NCBI GenBank assembly: GCA_040954595.2
Contig: CM082591.2
Location: 2,145,745 to 2,209,744 of the forward strand
Length of the DNA stretch: 64,000 bases
Direction of reading: 5' to 3'
Source: Balanoglossus misakiensis
Taxonomy: Eukaryota; Animalia; Hemichordata
Shown: in pieces, positions 1 through 13,498 of the stretch
How the letters are laid out: every line of letters starts with the position of its first letter
Numbering within the stretch: the first letter of the stretch is position 1
The notes under the pieces: generated by a model
The model's database searches: none
The model's input: the letters and a program-made list of their open reading frames with translations, nothing else
Told to the model about the DNA's origin: nothing
Made by a program: the position numbers and the translations under genes

Positions 1-238
1 GAGTGCGTATATGGAGTTGAACTGGTCAAAATCGAGTGGTATACCATGGCTCGGGGTGTTTTATTGCTATTATATTATGCCAGTATATTGAAACTTTGCA
101 TAAAACATTTTAAAAAGGCATTTTCTTTGACTATGATATATGACTGTGGTATATGGCTAATATATCACGGTCACGTGTCGTGTCTCGACCAATCAAATAG
201 TGTGATTTACACCATCAATATACTGGTATGATATAATT
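1..238. mobile_element. Non-autonomous hairpin-ended element (Crypton-like), cut by the window edge; inverted copy of 38413-38648
   Basis: Near-identical reverse complement of 38413-38648 (ORFs 46..231 and 38418..38702 share the same peptide). Lies in a MOB2 intron. Confidence 0.7.
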
Positions 239-319
239 ATTATTGTAACATTGCAAGCCTGATAACGTCTGGACACTTACCAGACATTGCGAACAAGAAG
301 ATCATATCTAGACACTTAC

Positions 320-3300
320 CAAATGTGGCAAGCCACTCATTAAGTTCAATCCCATCGGGTAAATGGACAGCCTCAGTAAAATCCAAATGCATTATTTTGG
401 CACTGGTATATTTCGCATCTAAGTACAACTTCTTTTCTTCCACTGGTGGTTTCTTTTCCTTCCTACCCGCCTTCCTGTTGGTCACGGGAAGAAAAATATC
501 AGGAATGAGTATATCCAGTAGTTTCAGGTCCGGAAGCAAGATGGTCGATACATGGATGAAATTCTGAGGCCAGCCCAGAGTTTATGGCTAGAAATGTTTG
601 AAGTACACGTTGGTTGCATCCAGTCTCTAACACAACAGATTTTCAAGGTTGCACTGACACAGTCATCATTAGGTTGTTTACCTGAGGTCACTATCTAAGC
701 GTTATCTGTGAACACACCAAAGCTGATAAGATGTTTTTCCCAAAGCAGGTCAGACAATATTTGAAGCAAACATCATCCTAATTAACCAATATTTTTCACC
801 CCCCTCCCCACCAAAAGAGAAACAAACACCCTATATATAAAGAACAGATGCGACCTTACCATCTGACTAGATTCAACATTTTCCCACCGTTTGAAACACA
901 GAGCAGTTTTTACGCTGTTGATCGCAAAGCTAGGGGGCCTCACACAGGCTTCGGGCTTCACCTGTTCGTGACCTTAAACGACCTTTCTTATAAAGCACAC
1001 TTATTGATCATCCATCGATCGAAGACACAGCCAATTTGCTCTGTTCTGACTTCGCTCAACAAACGAAAATTGGAGCAAACGATTTCAACTGATTTACGTG
1101 CTGTGTCATTTGAGGAAAGACCGTTACTTCCAACGTAAATCCTATCCGAGTTTGATGATACAAATTAGAATATGCTCCCCGTGCCCAGCTGAATAATTCC
1201 ATGGGTGTGGTCAATGACAGAAAGTAAATACAACACAGTGATAATGTAATCAACTATATATAGCACAACCCCTAACACTAAGAGCTCAAAAGCTTCCATG
1301 ATGTATTTTGCAGAACCTCATCCAACTGTCTGTCACTAGACATCCTTCTTTATTTGTTTAATGTTGCCTAGTGACGCAAAGCTTGTGACAAAAGAAGTAA
1401 TTTTCACTTTCCTGATGAGAGTCAAATTAGGCAATTCTCACATGTATTTTGTGAACAGGGATTTTATAACCTCTACCTTTTACACACCAGTTCACGTAAT
1501 CGCAGTTTCGACTTTCATCACTTCGTGAAAATCACACACACACACACACAAATACGAGATGATTAGACAGGAAAACAGTCCCTATCTGAATTCGGAACAG
1601 AAAAGGCTTGCCTTTCATTGATTTTGTTTGTGCCTGTCAAACTGGATTTCAATCAGAATGTCTTTTCAAAAAAGTCTTAAAAGATTCATGAAATATGGTA
1701 CCATTATATACACATCATACTTGATTTATATTCATATTATGATGCCCAGGTTCTCTAGATGAACATGGCACAATTATATACACATTATGCTCCAGTTTTG
1801 ATATTGACATTATGACGCCTACAGCTCCCTAGATGAGTATTAGGCTGGAGATTAATTGATATTTAAAAGCACTAAAGATGCACCGCTTGAACTATCTCTG
1901 CTTTTTATCAGCTGCGTCCCGAGAGGATATTACATCTAATGTAATGAATTCCAAGAAGCGATGATGATCGTGAACCTGGCCTACTTCTTGTAATTACCAT
2001 CTTCGGTAGAGGTTCGAGTTTCTTTTTAAAATCTGTGTCATCACACATCTCAATCATGATAGTGAAACTCATCCCAGACCAAGCAATAATTTTGAGATGG
2101 AAGTACATCATATGATATCATATATCATGTTGTATACATCTCATGTCAATCATGTGTCTCATATCATATCGTATATCTATTATGAAAGTGAAATCCCTTG
2201 ACAGATATCTACACAATACAGTTTATCACGTTCTGTACGCAGACAAGATTCATGAATACTTCGATCACTTAATTTTAGGTCAGTACTAAAAATATAGTAC
2301 TAATTAACAAAGCTATACTTTAGTATATTTAGTATGATGTCTAAAAGAAACGACTTTGTCCCTTTCAATTTACACCACAAAAAATCGTTCAATCACATTG
2401 AAATTCAGTTCAGCTAGCTGCTATATGTGCAACCTACATTCCCCTTCTTGTTATCAGTCACAATCTACTTCAGTACTTGTACGAGACGATCGATCTCGGT
2501 ACTGATGTGTCTTTCAGGTACATGTAGTGACAGGCATAGCTCTGCATACAGATTATTTAACGGATAAGTGTTCCTAGAAAACTACCGTCTACTTTAATGT
2601 GAGCAGCTCAAACCCAAACATTTCAAATGCTGTATCAGGACACTGTTCATAAATTGACCTTTAACCTCTGATGACCTTTCACCCCTAATGACCTTTCACT
2701 TCCACTGAAAGCTGCATTATCTGTGAGTTATCATGTTTACTTGTGTGTGCATGCTTGTCTACGGACGGATGATGTGATGTGGTTTCCTGTAATCAGGGCA
2801 AGTACCACTCGGAGATGCGATCACTCGCATTGTGTGGTCACTCTGGTAGCGGTCAACGATCATGTCAGTCTCGTAACGGTCAGTTAACCCAACGGTCAGT
2901 GTGTCCGACATGTAACCTATACGAGTACTGAACATTTGTAAATAGTCAGTCTTTAAGTTTTACATCAAGTCCAATCATAAAAGCAATTACCCAAGAGCAA
3001 AGTAAAATGATGGCTCTAATGGTTTTATTTCTCACAATGTGACATTTTTTGAAATTTACGAGTATAGCCTACAGATATGCAAAGAAAATACAATGAAGTA
3101 GTACATTGCTGTGGTTACGAGGAAACATCACAGTGTATCACTATGGTTACAAAGGAACAGCTACGACAATAATATATGCATGTGAATCAAATTCTATACA
3201 TACTTGGACTACTAGACCTTAATAAGTCGAGTTTATGTAATAATTACCACTTCGCGTGCAAAATTAAGGAAATGACAAGACAATTTATAGACTATGTGAA

Positions 3301-6300
3301 ACAGTCTAGTCACATAAATCATAATCTACATCATCACCAGTTTATTTATGAATTTATATGACAGCAAATCCACAGTGAATTTTCAACCAAATAAAAATTA
3401 ATGACAGTGAGCCCAGGTCTCCCAGAGGGTTGGGTTCCCCGGTGACCTTTGACACGGGTGACTAAAAAACCATGAATAGCAATGACGCAGACGAAAATAC
3501 TGTTGTGTGTTTTCTGAGACAAACTGACAACGTGCTGTCATGTCATACCATGTGCTGTGATGTCAGGTTTCATGAATGACTTCTAACAGTCACGAGTTAT
3601 GAAGGTTATGTGACAGACATCCTCTGGTTCTGAGAATAGACTTCCTGAATGCAATGTCTTCAGACTTGGCATTTTCAACTTCCCTTTCTGATCTTTGTTG
3701 CCAATATTATTACTAGCTCTAAACCCAGAATTACATCAGATAGATTTCAAGGGAATAGAACACTCAGTCAAACACATGCCTATCTTGGATTCCGCTTGTA
3801 TACATAGAGAAAGGCATTTTCTCAGAAACGAATGCAAACAGGTTGTTGACAAACCACTTGGCCAAGTCTGGGCATAAATTGAATTTTAATTGAAACATTT
3901 TTTTAGTAAATGACGTTCATGCATGGTCATTATAAACAGCTGATTCAACGTAACATGCATGTCCACATATGTAGAGCAAAATTAAATATCTGCAGTAAAA
4001 GCAAACATGAAAATGAAAGAATTGAATTTTTTTCATCTAAGATCCTTGTACATATTAAAATTTATGTCTACGGCTTGATAAAATCAAATTTGTAAATTCA
4101 ACAGAAATCTAGACTAATAAACAAGTGCGTGGACTTTCAACTGACTTTTTTCAGTTTATCTCTCGGTGAAGTGTGTGTGTGTGCAGTGCATATTGGGCCA
4201 TCGTTGAGTGATGTACGTATCATTGACGTTAACATTGACATGAGGGCTGAATACAGACATGTGATACATACCCTAATATTCGACTGAAGAAGAAGGCCGT
4301 ACAGCCCATGGCGGAGAAATCATGGAGACAGACTCGTTACTCTGGATTGCATATTCCAACAGATATTGCGATGTAAAAGACACACCACACCTTTCCATCA
4401 ATGCTAAACCTTTGATACGACCCGAGCATTCCCACTAAGGGTGTCGTCTCACTCCAACTCAGACGAGCGTGTTCGATGCAAATATCGATTCTCTCGTACA
4501 GACCAGTGTTTTGCGGCCGCAGTTGTTACCAAGTTCACAATATTTGAGCAAGTTCTCAGACAGGCTATAACACTCTCCACAAATAACGCGACACTTGAAA
4601 CATAAGCGCTGCCCCCCTCAACAGGGATCCTTGCCACCCCTATGTCTGAATGGAACATTCAAGACTAAGGTAGGTAAACTATTGTGACGAGTCGCCCGGC
4701 AACTGAAATTTTTATAAAAAGAGTTAATTATTAAAATGTTAACTCGGCCGACTGGCTGTACATGAACATTTTCCACACAAACAAATCTTCCCCATTCTGT
4801 GGTTTTTGTGACAGCTAGTTAGGCATTCTATTTGCGCACAGACGCAAGCTCTCTGCAGGTCACTCAGCGAAAAAGCAGGTTAATCTCTCGTCGTATTCTG
4901 CTCACAGCCCAGGTGTGTTAACCCTTTCACCCCCATCCATTTCCCTATGGTTTCAACCACAGCCCTGAAAACAATGGGACTGTACCATAGCTCAGCTATG
5001 AATAGGGTGTACTTTCCCAAATTTCCTCTTCATCACCAGTTCTCGAATTCTCAACGCTCTCAAAGGGTTTTGAAATGTCAAGCACTTGTACCAACAGAAT
5101 AATGAAAGCTCAAATTGTTTTTCTACAAATTGAACAGACAACTGATCCATAAGTCTACAAAATCCATCAACAAGTCTTCATTCAAGAATTGAAGACAAGA
5201 ATGACTAACAGATGGTCAGTTACAGATTACAAGACAACATTCCCCCATCCAACAAAACATGAATAATTTTTTTTAAATATCCCTGTGACTCAATATCAGC
5301 TTACACAGCCGAGATATAAATAGAGACTTGACATATGCCGGTACAATAGTCATATTCACTGATGAATTTGACACAGCTGTAGCCTTCCTACAGGTCAGCC
5401 ATTTTTCAGCTGTGTGTTTGGCAAGTCCATAAATTGCAGAGAGTATAGGATCTCCAGATTAAGGCTGTATTTTCCAGTATTTGGCAGACAGTACATAAAA
5501 CAACATGAGATGTATTGTACTGTATTGTATTGTATTGTATTGTATTGTATTGTATTGTATTGTACCATACCATACCGTACTGCACTGCACTGTACTGTAC
5601 TGTACTGTACTGTACTGTACTGGAGAAACTCATACTGCAGCATTATAGCAGCATGCTCAGTGACATTACTTGTGGATAGTGGATAACAGCTATCATTATC
5701 ATGCCAGTGATCTGTGTACACAATTCATTAGTAACTGGACTCCCATTATTATCGGCCCTCCACCACTATGTACCTTATCCATTATCTGTAACACACACCA
5801 CCATTACCAGCGCTGCATTGTCACACCTGTGTTAAAATGATTCATTAAGATAATGGATATGGAGCTGTTATGTGTATCGGCCCTGAGCAACTTACACCCC
5901 ACGCAAAAAGAATAAATGCCAATACTTTAATTTTGGTAATTAGAGAAGGAAATTTTTATTAAAACTACTGCAGAAAATATTGTTCGTGGGTCAGGAAATA
6001 TACATGTTTAATGAAATATGTTTTTGATGGAATACAAATGAGCGTGGGTGAACAAAATTGTCTTAGGCATTTCATGACTGAAGCCTATGACAGACCATGA
6101 CACTGGTTAGACAGATGAAACTGATATGTTCGCAATCTACCAGATGTCACAGGTCAAAACGTGCTATACCCATGATTCAAATTACATGCATTTTATGAAG
6201 CCACAAGAGTACCATCCCCCTGGTTCTAAATTCCCAATGGACAACTACAGCATATAATATTTAAAAGTACGTGTACATGGTGTTCAGATCATTCAGATCA

Positions 6301-9300
6301 TCACAAATTTATTGGACATGCAGCATTTTTGCCACAATTTACACAACATTTATTCAGCTTCCATAAAAATATAACATTTGACAGAATTGATAAATTATGC
6401 TTTATTAAGACGATAAAAGGTTTAATATCACCATAAAATGCCGATTCAACCTGCCAAAATGATTTCTAGTTTTCACAGTGCTATCTGAGCTCTTTGTTCA
6501 TATCTTGGAATTACAACATCTGGGGATGACAGGGTTATTACAAACATTTATGTGCACTGTCATTTGTATCAGACAGTTGTCGTGTCATATGTATACATCA
6601 GTGATACATTATGTATCACTGATGTATTGTACCATATGAGCCTCTATGTCACTAGTCTGGTCCTCTGTTCCATTCCTCTTCCTGCCATTGGCTGCGCTGT
6701 CCCTTGAATTCATCAGTTACTGTGCAAATGTACTTGTAAATTCTTTCCCCCTATGTACCTATCTGAGTATGTATCCCACGACAACCACTTCACATTTCTC
6801 AGTATTGCTTCGTTTTATGGTACGCAAAGTTGTTCAAACTAATTGTGTATCACACAAGCTGTAAAAGTGTAGAGCATTTTAATGGTGGGGTTCATAAACT
6901 AGCTTCGCGACAGCAAAACATAACCAAAGTCACGATATGGTTAGTGTTCCAACTCAAGATTGTTATGTTACTACTAGCACAGGGCCAACCCACTGTTAGC
7001 CAAAGGTTAGCCCTGAGTGTTACTGTACAAGCACACACTCTCCTCTCCCTTCCTCTCCCTCCTCTTGCTCCCTTTTCTCCCTCTCCGAGCTCCCCCATCT
7101 CCATACCGCCTCACACAAAAATCCTTAAACAATAATTCAGCACAGAAACTCACCATCCATCTACTCGCATCAAATTCACAGCACCATAAACCATCATCAG
7201 CTGACAGTTTTATGAAGACAGGAGTCAGAATTTTGAACTGAACACTTTTTATTAACCACATTTATCACTCCAAATCCTAGTTACCTATTTACCTCCGTGC
7301 ACGCAACACCTGTGATTGATGGTAATGACTAATGTCTTCGACTGAGATCAGAATTCTATTGCCAAACATCGTAATTTACACCACATTGCATCATTGGGCA
7401 TAAAGTCTATCCTGCCTTATTTGTAGGCAGCTCTTAGGTCAAGGGTCAACGTAGAGCTGTTGTCTGAGGGTGTTATTGAGTATATAGAAATTTTCCCATC
7501 ATTTTTAAACACTTCTCTAACTTGACAGTATGTATCTTGAAAATTAAAGAAATTAAGAAAACATATTGATTTAGCATATTTAGTGTTTTGTATATTATCA
7601 GCAAATGAAATGTACATCATTAAAGAAATAGGACCCCCAAACAAAATCTGATCCGGTGGTAGGTTTCCGATATCATGATCTCCCCCCTGTGACGAGTTAA
7701 AGTGGAATGCCCTTGAACTAAAATGGAATGTGCCACTTTGCCTGATGGGTATGTTTCGAATGCAAGCAATGATGTCATTGTTTCTGCTGGTAATGACATC
7801 ATTGCTTAGCTGGTAATGACATCATTGCTTAGCTGGTAATGACATCATTGCTTAGCTAGCTGAATTTCTTGTGCTTCCCAGCCACTGTGGCCCCTAATAA
7901 ATAGAGTTTTTGTTTTATAACAGTCAATTTTCTGGGACTACATCCAACGTGCAGGTGGCATTATGACAGTCAAGGAAATAGTCTTAGCTTTTGTAGGAAA
8001 TGCCTGTTTTTGTGCAGATGAATATAATTTTCTTGTCAAGGAAATAGTACACACTCACACCTGGATATGTGTACCACCAGTATGTTATCTTCTGTGTATT
8101 GAGCAGGGATGTGGGTATTTTAAAAATTAATTTAGCCAACCTCATCTACATGTATACATCATTATATGTGTATTTTGAATGTCGGAAGGTACTAGACGGA
8201 GGAATTTCTAGCTCCTGCAAAACAACATTTTTTATGTGTGTGTCTGTGTTTTGGAGGGCATGTACATGCATGCTCATGTGCTATGCTCTGTTGAATTACC
8301 AATAAGATGACATCACAGCCAAGAGATGGGTATGGGCTTGCAGTTTAACCCTTTCACCCCCAGTTCCCTCTACAGAGGTCCAACTTTACCATAGAAAACA
8401 ATGGATTTGGACCGAACCATGGTGGTGAAAGGGTTAAACTGGAGCAAACAATGGCCTACCTGTTTCCAGCAAAACTGGCTGGCCACCAAATCGCTTGAAT
8501 GCTCCCCCTGTGCCCACGGTTCAATGAGGGTATTTATACTATCTCACAGATGAATGCCCCTGTATTGGGTCTCGTGTATTTAATGACAGAGCTATGCAAA
8601 CTAAAAACTGGTAGGTTGGCAACTTTTGACGCACTAGGGCAAATTGGTCAAACTTACACACCTACAAATCAAACTGTGTACAGTGAAATTAACAAACATC
8701 TACTTTCATTTCCAAGAGCTTTATAAAATCGATTTCTATTTCATATACAATTTGTGTGGTACAATATATGATTTGCCTCTCATATTTATTCATAATCTTT
8801 TAATTAATTAAGGACCACAATGGTCAGCTTATATGGTCAGTATTTCTTGACTATCACAATCCATTAACAAAGCAAAATCTCCCAAGTGATTTGATAATTA
8901 TTATTCATGAAATATACACTTGGTAATGAGGTCAACGCTCTTTGTTTTGTGTTTGGGTAATTTGCATAGGTCAACATGACATAACTGTCAAATGACTTCA
9001 CTTGGGGTTTGACTGGCCACGGTCAGAGTTCAAAGTTGTGTTTATGTTTTGATGGTCAGTCGAGGTTCTAAGGAACACCCGTGGCTTTGTTTTGTTTTTA
9101 TTATCGTACGGCCCACTGCACAAAAGGCGGACATCAGTTGCACATGGTCCGTGGTACATACAAGGAAGTAACACAACCAAAATAGTTTACAGGACCATGT
9201 GCCCTTACTGAAGTTCCAAACATGTTACACATATAATCGAAGGCCACCACGACAGTCAGTGATCTTGAGGTCGCATACCAATGACAGCGTGTGTGTCCGC

Positions 9301-9642
9301 CAGTTTAAAACACATTAAAATACAATGTAAATATCATATACAGCGCTCGACTCAACTGCTCGTGTTTTAGTGACATGGTGTCAAGGTCACAAGCAAAAAT
9401 AGACGCTGGTATTTTCTCTGATTATCGAATAACTAGCGATCAATATGGCATTTCCTCGACCATGTTATTGCTATAAAATGTGTCGACGAAAGAAAACGTT
9501 TGATTCGTACTGGTAGGCATTTCTGTGACGTTGTGTCTCATTCTACGTAGTCGAGTACATTTCAGTCGAAATGTACAAGCACTCTCTCTTTGAATCACGC
9601 ATCGTAATTATCACTTCCTACTCACCCCATCAACCAATCCAT
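320..9642 (-). CDS. MOB2: MOB kinase activator 2, 5' part; gene continues beyond position 1. Exons 9626-9642 (MDWLMG) and 320-474
   Basis: ATG GAT TGG TTG ATG GG|gtgag splices in phase 2 to cag|G AAG GCG..., giving MDWLMGKAGRKEKKPPVEEKKLYLDAKYTSAKIMHLDFTEAVHLPDGIELNEWLATF. This matches the vertebrate MOB2 N-terminus (MDWLMG...LPxxxxxNEWLA). Confidence 0.9.
860..879 (-). CDS. MOB2: Candidate alternative first coding exon of MOB2 (MLNLVRW)
   Basis: ATG TTG AAT CTA GTC AGA TG|gtaag; phase 2, compatible with the acceptor at 474; in-frame stop upstream. Confidence 0.45.
1998..2041 (-). CDS. MOB2: Candidate alternative first coding exon of MOB2 (MTQILKRNSNLYRRW)
   Basis: ATG ACA CAG ... CGA AGA TG|gtaatt; phase 2; weaker donor. 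Confidence 0.3.
4272..4309 (-). CDS. MOB2: Candidate alternative first coding exon of MOB2 (MGCTAFFFSRILG)
   Basis: Strong Kozak ccgccATGG, ends GG|gtatgt, phase 2 compatible with the acceptor at 474. Confidence 0.6.
5511..5621. repeat. Compound pentanucleotide microsatellite (TGTAT)n/(TGTAC)n
   Basis: Visible 5-bp periodicity. Confidence 0.95.
7786..7857. repeat. 23-bp tandem repeat x3
   Basis: gctggtaatgacatcattgctta repeated three times. Confidence 0.9.
8349..8433. mobile_element. 85-bp piggyBac-type MITE
   Basis: TTAA|CCCTTTCACC...GGTGAAAGGG|TTAA. Related copies at 56399-56483, ~4922 and ~55107. Confidence 0.75.
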
Positions 9643-10754
9643 GGTCGTGAATTCTTCTCTAATTATCACAGCTATTGTGTAGACCACTTGCCAGGTGTTC
9701 TGGTCATTACTTTTAGGGACAAAACGTGGTATTTTTGGGGACTTTCAACCGGTATTCGCCTGCGGGGTAAGACAGCTGTGTGCGCACTAGGGTTGCGCAG
9801 AGCCGATTATCCAAAATCCTTTGCGTTGGCCGTCATCGACAAAAGAACATCACTGCAAAACCGAAAGTAATTTCGCCAATTACGTCACACTTCTTTGAAT
9901 AACAAGCTTTCTATTGAGAGATTGGCAAGTTTAATCTGCAGTTAATACATCTCGTTTTGTGCCACTACAAACAATATTCTTGATCTGACAGTACACAATA
10001 AGAACACACCTTGCTTTCTTGTAATAGGCAAAAAATTGTTGGATATGAGACCCAGAATAACTTCCGTTTAGCAACTTTTAACTTCCATCAAAAAAGCGTC
10101 GAAACGTGCAAAGTACTGTGGAAACCCCCATAATAAATGAAAGCTCCCTCATGTAAAAAATCGTCATTATTATGCATGATTGACCTGGTAGAACATCTAA
10201 TAATTCTCTTAGATTTGAACGATTGGGGATAGCGGAACCTAACTCCTGTGGGAAAGTTTATAACCCACGGAGTCTATTGGCGCCAAGTACTTTCCAGTCT
10301 CCGTTATATTATACGAACTCTCTCTTTGATCATTTTGAGAAGGTCAATAAGTCACTTTTTGTGGAATCAACTTGGAAAGATCTCCCGTACCGTAACACAA
10401 TTAATTGCGACCCACAGACGGAGACAAATGACTTGGTATGTTGGATATTTATCCTATTTATAAATCTCGGAGATTGGATCCGACTTCGGCGTTTTTATGG
10501 TGATGAACCTCGGAAACTTATTTCTCCACATGTTACATGCATACAGAAAGAAGTTAGATAACTCAACTCTAGATGGCGCTTCTCAGCTGCGTCGCCGAGA
10601 GTCTGGTAAAACCAATAATCGTACACTTTTTTTCAGCAATAAAATACCATATTTGATTTGTAAGCCTTTATTTCTATACTGCATGTGCCAATACAGAGTG
10701 TTTTCTTGCCATGGCTACAAATATGGCAAGCCTCAGGGGTCTTAAGTATAGCAA

Positions 10755-11440
10755 TAGTAGTATTTAATGTTGAAGTAGTACGATTATATTTTGATTTGTT
10801 AATATATTATAAATAAATAGTAGTATTTAATGTTGAAGTAGTACGATTATATTTTGATTCGTTAATATATTATAAATAAATAGTAGTATTTAATGTTGAA
10901 GTAGTACGATTATATTTTGATTCGTTAATATATTATAAATAAATAGTAGTATTTAATGTTGAAGTAGTACGATTATATTTTGATTCGTTAATATATTATA
11001 AATAAATAGTAGTATTTAATGTTGAAGTAGTACGATTATATTTTGATTCGTTAATATATTATAAATAAATAGTAGTATTTAATGTTGAAGTAGTACGATT
11101 ATATTTTGATTCGTTAATATATTATAAATAAATAGTAGTATTTAATGTTGAAGTAGTACGATTATATTTTGATTTGTTAATATATTATAAATAAATAGTA
11201 GTATTTAATGTTGAAGTAGTACGATTATATTTTGATTCGTTAATATATTATAAATAAATAGTAGTATTTAATGTTGAAGTAGTACGATTATATTTTGATT
11301 CGTTAATATATTATAAATAAATAGTAGTATATAATGTTGAAGTAGTACGATTATATTTTGATTCGTTAATATATTATAAATAAATAGTAGTATATTATGT
11401 TGAAGTAGTACGATTATATATTGATTCGTTAATATATTAT
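10755..11440 (+). repeat. 63-bp AT-rich tandem array, 11 units (left arm of foldback element)
   Basis: Unit tagtagtatttaatgttgaagtagtacgattatattttgattcgttaatatattataaataaa starts at 10755, 10818 ... 11385. Confidence 0.97.
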
Positions 11441-11577
11441 GATACTTTGCTAGTATTATTATTATTTACTTGTTTACAACCTTCACTTCCACCTCACCAG
11501 AGGGCGCACAATTTTTGCTGTCGGCCATTTCCCGTGTTTTCCGTTTGTTTTGTGCGTCTCAGTCGCAGTCGAATGAG

Positions 11578-11750
11578 ATGGACATCGAGGCAATATTGCA
11601 GGAGATAAATTTGGCAATGAGCGGGTTAAAGCTGCCACCGTTCTTTCCATGACGGAAGGGGAAATAAAGAGATTGGGAGTTACAAGAGCAGGTGATCGAG
11701 TGCGACTCCGAGACCTTTGCAAGGAAGCAACTCAGCCGTCACCGGCCTAG
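11578..11750 (+). pseudogene. Frameshifted SAM-domain ORF relic in the left arm (mirror copy ~13668-13840 on minus strand)
   Basis: MDIEAILQE then, after a frame change, DKFGNERV(K/E)AATVLSMTEGEIKRLGVTRAGDRVRLRDLCKEATQPSPA*. Fits the SAM pattern F..e.i....ll.lt..el..LGv...GdR..l. Confidence 0.6.
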
Positions 11751-11884
11751 CTCTGCGTACAGGTCTGTGTGTTCCCGGCGTTACACAGCCTCCACCACAG
11801 CCCTGCAAGGCGCCATAGAAAAAACTGGTGCTTCTGCGGTCCGGATCCGGACTGCAAAATGGTTTAAACAATTATTCTCCTTTA

Positions 11885-13290
11885 GGGACCGTTCAGTTTT
11901 TACGGCCGGGGGGGGGGGGCCGGCAAAATCCAGGGGGGGGGGGGGTCACAAGGGGGGGGGTCATCTGTTTTTTTTAAACGTTTAGGGGGGGTCACATACT
12001 TTTGCCACCAAACTTTTGCTTTTGAGTCCACAAAATTGCAGTTTCGCGCCCTTTATTTTACAAAATTTTCTAATGTGGGAGGGGGACACCCCTTCCCACA
12101 CCCACCCCCTACATTCTCCGCCACATTTCATTTTTTGTACCAGGGCAGAGTGCTTGCCACCCCAACCCCTTACCCCACCGATGATAATATTTAACAAAGT
12201 GAATACATAAAGGAGAATAATTGTTTAAACCATTTTGCATAACTGATAGTTTCGCGCTGCATCTTCTATATACTAGAAGTTTTATAAATGATGTCATGAC
12301 GAAGATGACGCCAAATCTTCTAACTTTGAGTGGAGTGGCAAAAAGTAAAATTGGTCCTCCCAAACATTGAGATAATTTGCTTTTGAGTTCATTAAAATGT
12401 AACTTTGGGCTACATATTTTACACCCCCTCCATTCTTCGCCACATTGCATTTCTTCACTGGTTTGTCTAGTTTACCATGAAGACTTCTTGCCACCACACC
12501 CCCCGATGCTTACTTAGTGGAGTGGCAAAATTAAAATTTGTCCTGCCTAACATTGAGTTAATTTGCTTTTGAGTTCATTAAATTGCAACTTTGAGCACCG
12601 TATTTTACACCCACCCCCGGCACTTTTCTTGTTTTACCGATTCTAGCAACTATTGTATTGACTTGTCATTTTAATTTGTTCATAGATTTCTTTATTGCAA
12701 CGATATACTATTATATACTTCAATAATACTTTAAGAAATTTATAATTGGGGTGTCAGGAGCCTCATTCCCTTTATTGCATACGGTGTACATAGGATCAGG
12801 ACGGCGAATGTTTTGGGCGTGGGGGGGGGGGGGTCATCATATTTTTGGGTCTGTCAAAGGGGGGGGGCATCATTTTTTGGTCCTGGGTGAAGGGGGGGTC
12901 GGCCTGATTTTGAGAACCGATGACACAAACTTGCCGCCCCCCCCCTGCCGTAAAAACTGAACGGTCCCTTGTGTATTCACTTTGTTAAATTTTATCATCG
13001 GTGGGTTTGGGGTGGCAAGCACTCTGGCCTGGTTCACTAGACAAACCAGCAAAAAATGGCATGTGGCGGATAATGAAGAGGGTGGGTGTGGGAGGGGGTA
13101 AAATAAAGGGTGCGAAACTGCAATTTTGTGGACTCAAAAGCAAAAGTTTGGTGGCGAAAGTATGTGACCCCCCCCCTAAACGTTTAAAAAAACCAGATGA
13201 CCCCCCCCCCCCTTGTGGACTTCAAAATTCAAGTGACCCCCCCCTGGATTTTGCCGCCCCCCCCCCCGGCCGTAAAAACTGAACGGTCCC
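11885..13290. mobile_element. Nested PIF/Harbinger-like non-autonomous element with ~320-bp imperfect TIRs
   Basis: tta|GGGACCGTTCAGTTTTTACGG ... CCGTAAAAACTGAACGGTCCC|taa; TIR similarity 11885-~12210 vs ~12970-13290; a third terminus of the same family ends at 12968. Confidence 0.75.
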
Positions 13291-13498
13291 TAACCGACTC
13301 TAAATATGATGCGATTAACTTGTCCTAACGTCCGAACCACTCGCGTTTGATTCATTTTTGTGTGTTTACATGTTGAGATCGCCATATTAAATATAAAGCT
13401 TACAGCGAGTTTATCTCCATGGGTAAACAAAAAAGTTTTAGAAAGCGAGCGGTTCGGACGTTAGGACAAGTTAATCGCATCATATTTGGAGTCGGTTA
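13291..13498. mobile_element. ~210-bp MITE/hairpin with ~55-bp inverted repeats
   Basis: taaccgactctaaatatgatgcgattaacttgtcctaacgtccgaacc ... ggttcggacgttaggacaagttaatcgcatcatatttggagtcggtta. Confidence 0.75.

Noticed and set aside
46-231. Duplicated 61-aa ORF (also 38418-38702) as a small gene family
   Set aside because: Both lie within copies of one non-coding repeat located in introns.
5395-5721. VQYST/IQYNT repeat ORFs
   Set aside because: Translations of a pentanucleotide microsatellite.
10755-11440. 63-bp array as a CRISPR array
   Set aside because: Units are contiguous with no unique spacers, there are no cas genes, the context is eukaryotic, and the array is mirrored in the other transposon arm.
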